In this document: positions 10,082 to 22,319 of the stretch, in pieces
How positions within the stretch are numbered: position 1 is the first letter of the stretch
Layout of the letters: every line of letters begins with the position of its first letter
DNA from: Saprolegnia diclina VS20
Taxonomy: Eukaryota
Direction: 5' to 3'
Assembly (NCBI RefSeq): GCF_000281045.1
Contig: NW_008246093.1
Coordinates: 219,176 to 253,118, forward strand
DNA length: 33,943 nucleotides
Notes under the pieces: model-generated
Seen by the model: only the letters and a program-made list of their open reading frames with translations
The model's database searches: none
What the model was told of the DNA's origin: nothing
Made by a program: the position numbers and the translations under genes

Positions 10082-12176
10082 CTACTTGGACTCGTATTTC
10101 TGGCGATGGGCGGCGGCAATTTCGGCAAAAAAGCCATCAAACAGCGCCTGCGTCTTGATGGTGCTGTGGTTGCCGGGGACCATGTGCACGTAGTTGCCGC
10201 TCTCTTGCGACGCCGGCGCGTGCACGAGCACTTGGAGCTTGCGACACGCGCGGTCCAAGTAGTACGTATCCTCGTGGCCGCACACAACGTGGATCTTGCC
10301 TAGACACGACAATATTGTCATCTTCCGAACGACCACGTGTGTCGTGAGTCACCTGCCAAAGTCGTGCTCAGTAGCTCGGGTTGCGCTCTTAAGAGACGGC
10401 AAATGTCAAAGCGCTTCCACGCAAAGGCAACTTCACGATCAATCTCGCCCGTAACCTATGGCTTTGCTCGTGAAAAGCTTAAACGACGGAGTAGGTACCT
10501 TGTCGAAGAGCGGCGCTGGTGTGCCATCGCTGCGTCGGGGGCTAAAGATGGCAGGCTACATAGACAGTTCGTCATACGCTGGCCAACGGTTTGTCGGCGA
10601 CTAGTTCGTACAAAGGCGTCCCACTGCCCGCCATTCGCGCGACCGTAAACCCACTCGATGTGGTTGGCCAGCTTGGCCGTGAGCCAAGGAAGCTCGCGAC
10701 TCATGGGCACTTGGCTACCATCGCGATCGTGACAACATTCTTCGTGAGAAACTAGAGCATACCGCCCATAGGGGTCCCAGTAGATGTTGTCGTCTTGGTA
10801 AATGTTGGCCAACTACACACGCCGTCCGTATCGTCGCAACATAATTTCTCTACCTGAAAGCACGTAAAGTCGACGGGGTCGGGCGCCTACAAACCACTAC
10901 TTTACAAAGGCACGTGGCTGCCGAAACGTACGCTGCTCCACGTCCCATCAAAGACATTGGGGTACTGCAGCTGCAGCCAGAGCGTCGACCAGCCACCCGA
11001 CGAATGGCCCATCCTACGCCACGTTCACACTTCTCTTCCCCAACAACGCGCGTACAGGTAGCGTCCGTGCGACGGATACTTGGCCTCGATTGCTGGAAGG
11101 AGCTCCGTGATCTGCGCACATGTCCATGTTCAAAAGCGATCAAAATTCGGTGTCTAGTACCAGCGCGGTGGCCCACGGGCCGTTGGTTTCCGAGTCGGCA
11201 AACGACGTGTGGCCTATGTACCACTTGCGATCGCTGCGCAACTCCAAAGGCGGTCGTACCGTACGTCATGCGCGAGCCGAGGACGATGCGCACCATCGGC
11301 ACCTCTGGCCACGTGCCTGCCTGCCAGCGCAGACCCATGTCGCTTTCCAGAAACGCATGCGCCCGCTGCATGTACGTCTCGGTGCCACCAAACCCTAATG
11401 GTCATTTTTGTCTAGTCGTCTGTGGTGACGCGCTCTACCTTCAATGCTGTATACAGTCGGGTAGGCGGTCGCTGGGTCATACTGCGGCGGCAGCGTGATC
11501 GCAGCCATCATGTCGATACGGCGGCCATGGTGCGCGGTCAGGAGCTGGCTCGTAATCGTCATCTTGTGCAGAACCTCCGATGTTGGCGGCTCGGGCGTAG
11601 CGTCGACCGTCTACGCACATCGACCAAACACTAAACCGTTAGAGGCGCCAACCTCGGTTGCTGTGAGCGTCAGCACGGTAGGAGCGTCGGCGCGAAGACT
11701 CGACCAGTCGAGGCGCGTCGGTACACTGTACAGGTTGCCCGGGCACGTCATCGGATCCGGGTCGAGCGGATTCGCATTGATGAACGCTTGGACGTAGCAA
11801 TTGTCGGCGGTGAAGCCAGCGAGGCTCGGCGGCACAAAGCCCAGCGCCCCCGGCACGCTAAACGCCGCTGCGTCAAACATAACCGAGCGGACGTCGACCA
11901 CGTCTTGGGCAAAGAAGGCCGACTGCGCCGACGTCATGCCGTCCTTGGGCGACGCAGCAGTGCCAAAGACGAGAAACACGCGGCTGTCCCCAAGCACCAT
12001 CGTCTCGTCGGCCAGCGCAACCTCAAAGCGGATGTTGGGCGTCGCTACGAACGGACAGACCTACGCACGCGTGATGGCCTGCGAGCCAAAGAGCATCCTA
12101 CCTCGGGGACGGCGTAGTAGTTGCGCGGGCGGCGCGCGATCGTCGCCGGGGCAATCTGGTGGAGCACGCTGTACAT
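10082..12176 (-). CDS. Putative esterase / alpha-beta hydrolase (enterochelin-esterase-like, PF00756-type) of bacterial character; about 13 exons
   Basis: Manual splice gives MYSVLHQ...SRVFLVF...FFAQDV...CYVQAF...PGNLYSVP...ITSQLL...AAITLPPQY...YPTVY...FADSETNGPWATALITELLPAIEAKY...MGHSSGGWSTLWLQLQYP...APDPVDF...GGQWDAFPAIFSP...PLFDKVTGEID...GKIHVVCGHEDTYYLD...VPGNHST. GxSxG nucleophile elbow at ~10989-11009. About 12 short GT-AG introns. Confidence 0.85.
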
Positions 12177-12182
12177 TCCGAT

Positions 12183-12200
12183 GGCAAAGTGCGGAATGGC
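12183..12200 (-). promoter_or_regulatory. Oomycete Inr+FPR core promoter of the esterase gene
   Basis: Minus strand GCCATTCCGCACTTTGCC lies just upstream of ATG 12176 and fits the oomycete YCATTYY..CAWTTTNC initiator/flanking element. Confidence 0.65.
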
Positions 12201-12684
12201 ACGTCGTCGAAAACGGCGCAGAATGTATGTGGATCGTAAGAATATTCACTTGGTTTCGTTGCTGGGACAGACTGCCGAGCTCTTGTATATTGTCGATCGA
12301 TTAGTTGACAATAATGGTTGTCACTATAATACTATGTCGGCATGTGTATCGGTATCCATGTATACAGTCATCCGTGCTGCGACAGTGCCACGTGGAGCAC
12401 CGAACTGCAAACTCGAACTGCAAACTGGCGACGCATCTCCCAGAACTTATTTCTGCTTGGTGGTGCAGAAAGTCCTGGGTCGCGGCGCTACATACTACAG
12501 TACCACACGAGCACTCACGGCCTAGCCCTCTACGCATCGCACATCCCCGGTGTCGACGACCTTTTGCTACTGGAGTCTCATGGCGGCTATAATGGCTTGG
12601 AATCGGACAGTACGCGTGAGCAACAACGCCATTGAGAGGGGCACATGACAAGAGCAATCGCGCACGTGCTATGTTACATAGCGA

Positions 12685-14067
12685 CTACTTGTATGGTCGA
12701 CAGTCTTGCTCGTCTGTCTCTTCTGGGATGCAGTGGGGATCGTACAAGCTGCTGGCCGTGCTGGAGTCGCTCACACTCGACACCGACGCATTGCGGTAGA
12801 CTTGGAGGTACGAGAGGTCCAGCCCCGGCTCGTCGCTCAACGTGGGCGGTTCGTTCCGGCGCGCGTACCGCTTGAGCTTGGGGCCGTCAATGCCAACGGT
12901 ATTCATCTTCTTCATCAAGTCGCGAATGTCGCTCGGCGGCTCTTGGCCTTCGGGGCAGCAGTCGAGGCATAAGCGCACGCTGTTCCAGCCGCGCCGGCGC
13001 CACTTGCGACTGCACGCGTCGCACACCGCCTACCGATGATGATGCGAGTCCGCTTGGAGGCAGAAACATTGTACCTCGGCGCAGCACTCGCAGGACCGGG
13101 GGCTCACAGCGGGCTGGGTGCAAACCTTGCAGCTCGTCTGCGACCGGTGGGCGGGAGTCGTTGGCGGTGTTGTTACCTGCGCGAGCTTGCGCATCTTCTT
13201 GACGTGGTCTTTGACAGAGCAGATCTTTTTCGCCCGGCGCTTGAGCGCAATCTTCTGCACCCAAATCGGCATCGAGCCCTTAAAGTCGACCGCAACGTTG
13301 TAGATGAGATCGAGGACACCGGGCGTCTCAGTCTCGACGAAAAGGGCGCCGGTGTGGTACATCCAGCTCCGAATGAGCTTGAAATCCGTGTTCTCCATCG
13401 TGGGCACGGACGGCAGCGCGATCGAGTGCTGGCAAAACGCCCAGCCGCGTCGACCGTCGGCAAGCACGACTTCATCTTGCGCCTACACCCCGCGTGTCAA
13501 CAGTCGAAAGCAGCGGCGCATCTGCGTACCTCAAGGTACAGGAAATCGCGGTCCGCAAATACCCCAATGGGGCTCTGGCCTGCGCTCCACTTGATGTACG
13601 TCTGCTTGAGCGGGTGCTCGTGCGTGCGCTCGAGGAACGTGTAAAGCGGCAGCATGTCGACGAGGTCCGAGGCGTACATGTGAATGTAGTGCTGGCACTC
13701 GTCGCGCGAGTCGAACGCGTGCAACAGCGCAACCTCGGTGAGCGTCGCGTGCACCTTGGTTGTCGTTCGGAACGGCAGTAGGTTGCCTACACCAACTTGG
13801 ATCCATCATCTCACAAACCTAAGGAGACGTACGACTGTCCTTGCATGGGCGAAGGCCTTCGTAGACGCGGACGCCGTCGCTGTGGTTGCCGACGAGGTGC
13901 CAGTCGTCGGACGAGTCGAGTGCAATCTGCGTCAAAAACGTCTGGAGGATCTCGTCCCCGAGGCCAATGTACGACGCGTGCTGCTCGGCCGAGAGCTTCG
14001 GGCACTGAAAAAAGTCGGTCGGGACCGGGTACAGCTTTTTGCGGCTACTGCTACTGCTGCTCGGCAT
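12685..14067 (-). CDS. START-like domain + FYVE-type zinc finger protein, paralog A (4 exons)
   Basis: N-terminal LYPVPTDFFQCPKLS; YIKWSA...DRDFLYLE; intron; QDE..LADGRRGWAFCQHS; CKVC..CECC, intron, CDAC..VRLCLDC; tail LDLSYLQVY. First intron 13832-13787, two more GT-AG introns. Confidence 0.85.
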
Positions 14068-15447
14068 CGTCTTGTTTGCTGCTACTTGTCGGCCCGAAAA
14101 TGCGTGTGCGCCGCAGCGTCAACTGGCCACGGTAGCTGCGACACGTCAGGCTGCAACACGTGGGAACACCACATGGCGCGAAATGGAGCAACACGTGTGG
14201 GGCGCAACATCGACGACGTCGGATCGGATATGCTACACGTCGCGCGCTCCACCGAGCTCTGCACGGCACCTCACCGAGCAGCGCTGGATTTCCCTATACC
14301 CGTTTTTCCTTATGAAAAGGTACGGGGACACTGAGAGGCACGGTACCTGGACCGTGTGCGTGCGTAGACAGGACAAGGTGTCTTGAAGTTGATGTCCAAG
14401 TGCATACAGGGACATACGCGTCTTTGGCGTCTTTGCAGCTCGTTTCTAGGTACCGCCAGCCATCGCCGTGGGACGAAGTGTCGTCGACAGGACATCACCA
14501 AAGAAGGCACTGACCGCTGGGCAGCGACGTCTATCAAGCACGAATCATCAAAAGAACGCTCATCGCCACGGAAGACGCGCTCAACGTCGAATCGCGAAAG
14601 AGCGGCGTGGGTACCAAGTGATTTGGGACAGCAAACTACACGGTACACCGAGATGGAGCCAAATTCTATACCCACGCACCGCACCTGGGATTGCACATTG
14701 TGCGAACTATTGGGCGATGTTAAGGTAATGGGGCAAAAGCACGCAGCATCATCATGCACGCCATGTGCTCGTGTCCAGCACACACCGACGCTCAGCAGTA
14801 CTGCCATGGACCTTGTCAAGCACACTAATAGTATGTAAACGTCCTATAGCCCAAACGTATAGCTCCGAGGTACGTTCTGCGAGTGACGTCCTACCGTGCC
14901 CTCGTCGCACCAACGGCCGATTCCGATATACCATCTCGCGCGATATGCAAAGACCGTCCAAAACGGCGCGGAAAGGACATCAACGTACGCGTCAGTAGGG
15001 TAGCTTGATACTAATAAAAAGTCGCATCACTTCGCACCACGTGGCCTACGGTCTGTCAACGAAATCACTTTTCGTACCGCCTGCTTTCTCGGGAGAGGCA
15101 AGATGCGGCGATCTTATTGCGGTTGCTGATTGGCGCCACGACGAAACCGTCACGCGCTCTGGTGCTGCCAGCACATCACGGCTTTTGAAACCGCAGGTTG
15201 GGGCCGATACTTCACCGGTCAGCCCAAAAGCGTGCACGGCAGTGCATCCAGGACTCTTGGCAAATCTTCCACGGCTGCAGTGTACTAGTACGTTGGACCG
15301 CTCCTACCAAATACCACCCACCTACTTGACGATGACGTCCGCAAGTGTGTACGACCACGATGTACGCTATTTCAGCGCCAGAGATACATGCTGTAGTGCC
15401 AAATGTGCGCATAAATACACCCTTCATTCTCGCCACGAGACGCGCAA

Positions 15448-16776
15448 TTACAGCCCCAGCGACAAAATCTGACGTGTCGGCGCAGCTGGCGGCGGCGCCT
15501 TGCTGTACGCCCCAAGGTACGAAAGATCCATCTCGGACTTTGAGAAGGACGCCCGATGCTCTTGGCTCCGCCCCGAGTCGATGGCGGGCATATGTCGCTG
15601 GCTGTAGCTTTTTGGCGGTGTCGGCAACGACGTCGACGACGCTGTGCCTTGGGTGCGGCGCGAGACGCGGACACTATTTGTGCTCCGGTCCATGCAGCTG
15701 CAGTACGTACAGAGACGGCGGCTGGAGCCATCGGCGTGGACCCATTTTTCGCGGCACTTGGGGCACACCATCTAGACGCGCACGTTAGAATCTCTGTGAC
15801 GCGCGAAACTCGGCGCACTTCGCTGCAGCCGTCGCACTGTCGAAGTCGGCGAAAGAGCCGCGAGCCGGCCTTCTCGCACAAGCTGCATATCGTCTGCTTG
15901 CGCTTGGCCGCGTCTTCCCGCGCCGTCGCGCTGAGCAAGAGCAGCTGCCGCACGCGACTCTTGATACCGTGCTTGCGCGCCCAGTATGGAATGCGTCCTC
16001 GGAAATCGGACGCAATGTGGTAAATGACATCGACGCAGCCGTCGTCGACGAGGCTCTCCATGTAGAGACAACCCGTGTGGCAGAGCACGCCGCGCACGAG
16101 CTTGAGCGCCGACGCTTGGAGCGATGGCACGTGGGCGAGCTCGACCGACACTTGGCAGTAGCCCCACCCGCGGCGTCCGTCGGGCAATTGAAAATAATCC
16201 GAGATCTTTTGAACGCTGGTTGGTCCTCGATCCGAAATGGGAAAAAAGGTACCTCGAGGTAGAGAAAGTCCCGGTCACTGATGGTGAGCGCCCATGGACT
16301 CGCCACTGCACTCCACTTGAGCGTCATGGGCCGCGCTGCCGAGGGAAACATCTCGAGGACGACCATGTCGAGCACGTCTGGTGCATACGCTCGAATAAAC
16401 TCGATGCAGTCGGCGTGCGTCGTCGCGCCGTGAAGCCCCGCAATGGTTGCCAGCTCACCAGGAAACGTTGTCGTCGCCAAGTACGGAAGACCGTCTAGTG
16501 ATGAAGTGAGGAAGAGCCCATATAGCACCGTATCGAGTGTCTACGTTTGTCAAGAAAGGGGACGCGGCCTTCATACAGCTTGATTTGGTCCACCGTGTCG
16601 TCAATTAGGGTCCACGCGATCGATCGATCGCCGACAATCGCCTTTTGCACAAACGTGTCGAACGCGGCAGCACCAAAGGTCGCGAGCTCAGCCTTGCGCG
16701 CTGACGAGAGCGAATTGCGTGGCAAAAAATCATCGCGGACCGGGTAGCCGGGCCTCTTGTGCTTCCCCATGTTCAT
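15448..16776 (-). CDS. START-like domain + FYVE-type zinc finger protein, paralog B (4 exons)
   Basis: GYPVRDDFLPRNSLS; LKWSAV..DRDFLYLE; intron; ISDYFQLPDGRRGWGYCQVS; CSLC..CDGC, intron, CPKC..RRLCTYC; tail MDLSYLGAY. Start ATG 16776 or 16770. Confidence 0.82.
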
Positions 16777-17376
16777 GCTCGACGAGAGAGAAGTTGGCGA
16801 ATGCGGCTCGACACCACTGAGGCTGTCTCTTCCCAGGTGTCGCGCAGATACTTGAAGCTGTAGCCAGTTGGCCGCACGCCGCCGGCACAACGCCAGAAGA
16901 TTCCGACACACGCTGGACACATGCTACTATATTCTCTTAGATAATACGATGGTTTAAATGGAAAGCGAGCGCATCATGCCTGCAGACCACGCAGCAAAGA
17001 AAAGCTGGACAGACGCCCGAATGCCCTGCAAGGATAAGGTATCAAATGACCGAGATAGCTTGTTTCAAAGGACGCCGATGCGGATGGTCAAGTCGAATGA
17101 TCGCTTGCAGGTGCTCGTTTGTTACTTTATAAGCGAATTCGTTGTCGGTTGACAGAATGGGATCGTTATGTACCCTTTTCTGTCGTGTTTGGACGTGAAA
17201 TATGTGGTTTTATATGAAAACCCACGCGTGTGGAAATCAGGTTGCCATCTCAGGTGGCGCGTTGCACCAGCCTCGACGCGCCGGCATCCATCGGACACGC
17301 CGTTGCCCTCTCGGTAAGGTTTGGGCTAAATCAGTATCTATCCAACAAGTCGTGTTTCTGGTGGTCTTATATGTGG

Positions 17377-17809
17377 NNNNNNNNNNNNNNNNNNNNNNNN
17401 NNNNNNNNNNNNNNNNNNNNNNNNNNNNNNNNNNNNNNNNNNNNNNNNNNNNNNNNNNNNNNNNNNNNNNNNNNNNNNNNNNNNNNNNNNNNNNNNNNNN
17501 NNNNNNNNNNNNNNNNNNNNNNNNNNNNNNNNNNNNNNNNNNNNNNNNNNNNNNNNNNNNNNNNNNNNNNNNNNNNNNNNNNNNNNNNNNNNNNNNNNNN
17601 NNNNNNNNNNNNNNNNNNNNNNNNNNNNNNNNNNNNNNNNNNNNNNNNNNNNNNNNNNNNNNNNNNNNNNNNNNNNNNNNNNNNNNNNNNNNNNNNNNNN
17701 NNNNNNNNNNNNNNNNNNNNNNNNNNNNNNNNNNNNNNNNNNNNNNNNNNNNNNNNNNNNNNNNNNNNNNNNNNNNNNNNNNNNNNNNNNNNNNNNNNNN
17801 NNNNNNNNN
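17377..17809. other. Assembly gap (N run)
   Basis: 433 N bases. Confidence 0.99.
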
Positions 17810-18069
17810 CGCGTCATGGCGTCCTACATCAAGAAGCGCAGCATAAAGTCCTCAAAGGAGATGCGCTTTGTCGACGCTGTGCACCTCGATACGCCTATGA
17901 TGGCGCGCATTCCAATCTCCAGTCGCATCTCTCTCAAGATGACACCGGATTCGGCCGATTTGATTGACAGTTACAGATTTGATGAGCCAATCAAAGCGCC
18001 CAATCTGAATCGTTTTGGCCAATCACCACGCGCAATGGTGATGCAGTGAAGCCAACGCAACCGATTAAG

Positions 18070-18688
18070 NNNNNNNNNNNNNNNNNNNNNNNNNNNNNNN
18101 NNNNNNNNNNNNNNNNNNNNNNNNNNNNNNNNNNNNNNNNNNNNNNNNNNNNNNNNNNNNNNNNNNNNNNNNNNNNNNNNNNNNNNNNNNNNNNNNNNNN
18201 NNNNNNNNNNNNNNNNNNNNNNNNNNNNNNNNNNNNNNNNNNNNNNNNNNNNNNNNNNNNNNNNNNNNNNNNNNNNNNNNNNNNNNNNNNNNNNNNNNNN
18301 NNNNNNNNNNNNNNNNNNNNNNNNNNNNNNNNNNNNNNNNNNNNNNNNNNNNNNNNNNNNNNNNNNNNNNNNNNNNNNNNNNNNNNNNNNNNNNNNNNNN
18401 NNNNNNNNNNNNNNNNNNNNNNNNNNNNNNNNNNNNNNNNNNNNNNNNNNNNNNNNNNNNNNNNNNNNNNNNNNNNNNNNNNNNNNNNNNNNNNNNNNNN
18501 NNNNNNNNNNNNNNNNNNNNNNNNNNNNNNNNNNNNNNNNNNNNNNNNNNNNNNNNNNNNNNNNNNNNNNNNNNNNNNNNNNNNNNNNNNNNNNNNNNNN
18601 NNNNNNNNNNNNNNNNNNNNNNNNNNNNNNNNNNNNNNNNNNNNNNNNNNNNNNNNNNNNNNNNNNNNNNNNNNNNNNNNNNNNNNNN
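18070..18688. other. Assembly gap (N run)
   Basis: 619 N bases. Confidence 0.99.
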
Positions 18689-18850
18689 GAATCACTAGAC
18701 CCTGGTAGCGGAGCCTGACACATGGCTCGCCACTCACTCGTCCATGCAGGAATCGCCAAATCGAGTTGCGGCCACGGGTTGTGACATATAAGTATTTTCG
18801 GTTGAGGCCAAGCTATCCGGTAGGATTTCATTTTCCGATTCGGTGGCGCG

Positions 18851-21800
18851 ATGGCAAGCGACGCGCCGCACCCGTCGATGGCCACGTCGGCCGACGTACC
18901 GACGCTCTTAGACCTCAACCCATGCGCGTACAGGGCCGCGGTTGAGGCATCCACGTGGCAGCCCGTCCCGGGCCTTGCGCACTCGAAGGAGACGTTGGCG
19001 TTCCGCGCGTGGGCGAGCGAGATCCTTGCTGACGTGCACGCGCAGCTGTCGCCCGAGGTGCTTGCTGTTCGTGCGACGACGCCGCAGTACCGGCTCCAAG
19101 CAGACACTTGGCGCGCTTCCCGTGCGCACGAGCTTGCAGTCGTCGGTCGGCTGCCTTTTCTCCAGAGTTCCGTCGACGCGCCGGCCGCGCAGCCCCCCGC
19201 CGGCGTCCAAGGCACCCTCAAGATACACCTCCATACCCGGCTCAAGCGGCGGTACTTTGAGCTGCGACCTGACGCGTTGGTATTCTATCACCGCCGGCTC
19301 TGGGTTCAAGGCGACGTGCGAGGGCGCATGGCGCTGGACCAGGTCGTCTCGCTGCGTCCTGGACCCCAGCTGCGCTCGCTGCAGCTCCAGGATATCCGCG
19401 AGACGTGGCTCCTGCAAGCCGACACGGACGCGACCTACAACACATGGGTACATGCGCTGGTCACGTCCTTGCGCGTCGCTGTCGTCGACGCGCGCTTCCA
19501 CAACAGCCGACGGCTTGCCGAGCAGCCCAACCAAGTACGCGTCGTCGTGTCGGCCAGCCACACCGTGGGCGAGACCGTGGCGCTCCTTTTTGCAGCATAC
19601 ATCAAGAAGCGAGAGCTCGGGGACGACCCGAAGGCCTATGTCCTCAAGGTCACGGGCTACCGCGACTACCTCATTGACCGCCACCAAGTGCTCGGACGCT
19701 TCCAGCACGTACGCCATTGCCTGGCGACCAACGAGACGCTTCACGTGACGCTCGTGCACCAACGTACGATCCAGGCGGCGCCCCGGCCTTGTGTTGATCA
19801 CATGCTCCTTGACCGCGAACGACGCACTCTTCCCGACGCGAGCGAGATGACGACGGTGGCCAGGAGTGGGGACTGCCACGCGCCACTGCGGCTGTGCATC
19901 TACCGTGCGCTGCAAGTCCCTCGGTACACCACACATTTAGCGCCGTCGTTGTGGTCGGGGCTTCGCGAGACCGAGCAACGCCCATTAGTCTGCAAGAAGA
20001 TCCTGGCGACGCTCGAGCTCTACGACGCTGGCGACTGCCTCGAGCTTGTAGGAGAGACGTCCGCCGTCACGCTCAAGGCCTTGCCACCGCATCCAGGTAC
20101 AAACACCTCGGCGCTCATCGGCATCTGGGTCGAGCCGCACTGGTTCACGACAACGACACCGATATCCAAGCTGCCACGCACGGCCCGGCTCGTTCTCACC
20201 CTCTACAACGTCCACGAGGAGAGCGCAAGTGCAGAAGACCGACACCGCTTCCTCTCAACCGGCCTCCAGCTTTTCGACGCCGACGGTCGACTGCGCCACG
20301 GCGAGCAGTATGCACCGCTCTTCGACAACCCGAGCACGTGCACGTACGGCCCTTTGCCAGCCATTGGCGACACAACCCTACCCCTTCTCCACGTACACCT
20401 TGATAAAACTGTCTGTTGTAGATGACCGTTCCTTGTAGATGGCCTTGGGGCAGTACGAGCGCGCGATTGAATTTGATTGGCGCGCGGGCAGCGATGGAGC
20501 AGCCATGTCGACTGTCAACGACATGCCACAAGCGGCGACGCTGCCGACGGCAGCACCCAAAGAAGACAAAGACGCAGCGCTCGACGAGCTGCGAACGAGA
20601 ATGGACTGCGATCCGCTCTTGGTACTGACAACGAGCCAGCAACGGCTCTTGTGGGCGGCGCGCCACGCCGTCATGGACGCCTTCGAGTACCTTCCACACG
20701 TCCTTGCATGCGTCGACTGGTCAAATGCAGCGGACGTGGCCGAGATGCTAACCTTGCTGCCGTTATGGGCCGCACCGAGCCACACGGCGTCGTACATTGC
20801 GCTTCTCGATCTGCCATTCGCACACGAGGACGTCCGGCAGTTTGCTGCCGATCAGCTTGCGACGTTACCTAACCCGGCCATTCGTTGGCTGCTGCCGCAG
20901 CTCGTGCAGGCGCTCAAGTTTGAGAGCTACCTTGCATCGCCATTGGTCAAGCTCTTGATGACGCGCGCGCTTCAAAACCCGAGCGAGATTGGACTCGATT
21001 TTTTCTGGGCCATCAAGACCGAGGTGTCGTCGGGCCACGTGCAGTACAAGCCTTTTTTCGGGCTCCTCCTCAACATTTATGCCGAGACGTGCGCACCGGC
21101 CATGCGGTCCAGCCTCCACGTCCAAGACACGCTCTTTTCGGACAAGGGTGCGTTGCATACGATCGCTCTCGAGATCGAAGCGCTTCGCCAGACACCGGAC
21201 GAGATGCTGCCAGTGTTTCGTCAGCGCTTGCACCAACTCAACAAGACGCTGCCATCGTCGTTCCAACTACCGCTGGACGCCCGCCTCGACGTCCGACGCC
21301 TTCGTGTCGACAAGTGCAAACTCATTCTCTCGGCCAAACTGCCGTTCTGGCTAGAGTTTGAGAATGCCGACGTCGGCGGGGACCCCATCGTTGTTGTCTT
21401 CGTCACCAACACGGACGTGCGCCAGCACAGCCTCATTGGGCAGCTGCTTTGCTTAATGGACGAGCTCTGGCGCGCCGACGGCCACGACTTTGCACTTGCT
21501 CCGTACAGAGTCGTCGCGACAGGTGCGCGGGTCGGGCTTGTCTCGATCGTCCAGCACGCCAGCACGGTCCAGGACATTCATGTATGGGGCGGCGGCGGCT
21601 CGGGTGATGTGGCGACAACCGCCTTCTCCGACTGGATCCAAAGTCAGAATGGCCCGCGCGACTCGGTCGGCTTTGAGAAGGCGGCGGACCTCTTTTCGCG
21701 GTCGGCGGCTGGCTACGGCATTGCAACGCATGTGCTCGGCATTCTCGACCGCCGGATCGACACGCTCATGGTACTACGACCCACTCTCTTTTCGGAAATA

Positions 21801-22319
21801 TATCACACTGGAGACTAGCTGACGACGACGGGTCGGTTCTTGCACATTCAACTCGAGCATCTCCTCGGCGGTGTCCAGTACGACTATGGCGGGCAACGCA
21901 CGGCGCCACCACTGGTGACCCGCCAAGTGGTCGACGTTCTCGGCGGCCCTGATCACCCGGCCTTTCTGACGTTCGAAAGCCGCTGCGTGGATGCGATTCA
22001 GATTCTGCGGCGGCATTTACATCTGCTTGTCGCAATGCTGGTGCTCATGTTGCCAGCGAACCTGCGCGATCTGCGCCGTCGCGACGACATGTCTCATGTG
22101 GTGCAAGCGCTGTCGCCCGAGACGAGCAGTGACGAGATGGCTGTTGTCATTGGCGAACTCGTCAAGAACGGCATACATCACTCGCTCACGCACATTCCAG
22201 ATGCGCTACATCTATGGCACCCGGTCGTTCAAGGCGCCAAGCTGTCGTTTCGGTGCCTCAAGACAGCACTCCACCTCTGGAGAAGCCATTTGACTCATGC
22301 GGCGACGAAAGCGAGTTAA
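18851..22319 (+). CDS. Phosphoinositide 3-kinase-like protein (PH + Ras-binding-like + C2 + helical + kinase-fold domains), predicted catalytically dead; 3 exons
   Basis: Introns 20393-20438 and 21771-21818. PH-like KRRYFELRPDALVFY...WLLQAD...WVHAL; RBD-like YVLKVTGYRDYL; C2-like ISKLPRTARLVLTLY...LFDADGRLRHG; helical VDWSN...VRQFA...LPQLVQALKFE...LMTRAL...FFWAIKTE; kinase lobe FQLPLD...KCKLILSAKLPFWLEFEN, F.RSAAGY..ATHVLGI.D. Confidence 0.88.

Noticed and set aside
14300..15400. ORFs of 70-170 aa between paralogs A and B
   Set aside because: No domain motifs, no START-FYVE remnants and no consistent splice pattern.
17816..18049. 77-aa ORF in the inter-gap island with faint resemblance to Harbinger transposase N-termini (..SYRFD..)
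   Set aside because: Similarity too weak to call by eye; the CCAAT-rich content suggests non-coding sequence.
17202..18737. ORFs spanning the N runs
   Set aside because: Artefacts of translating gaps.
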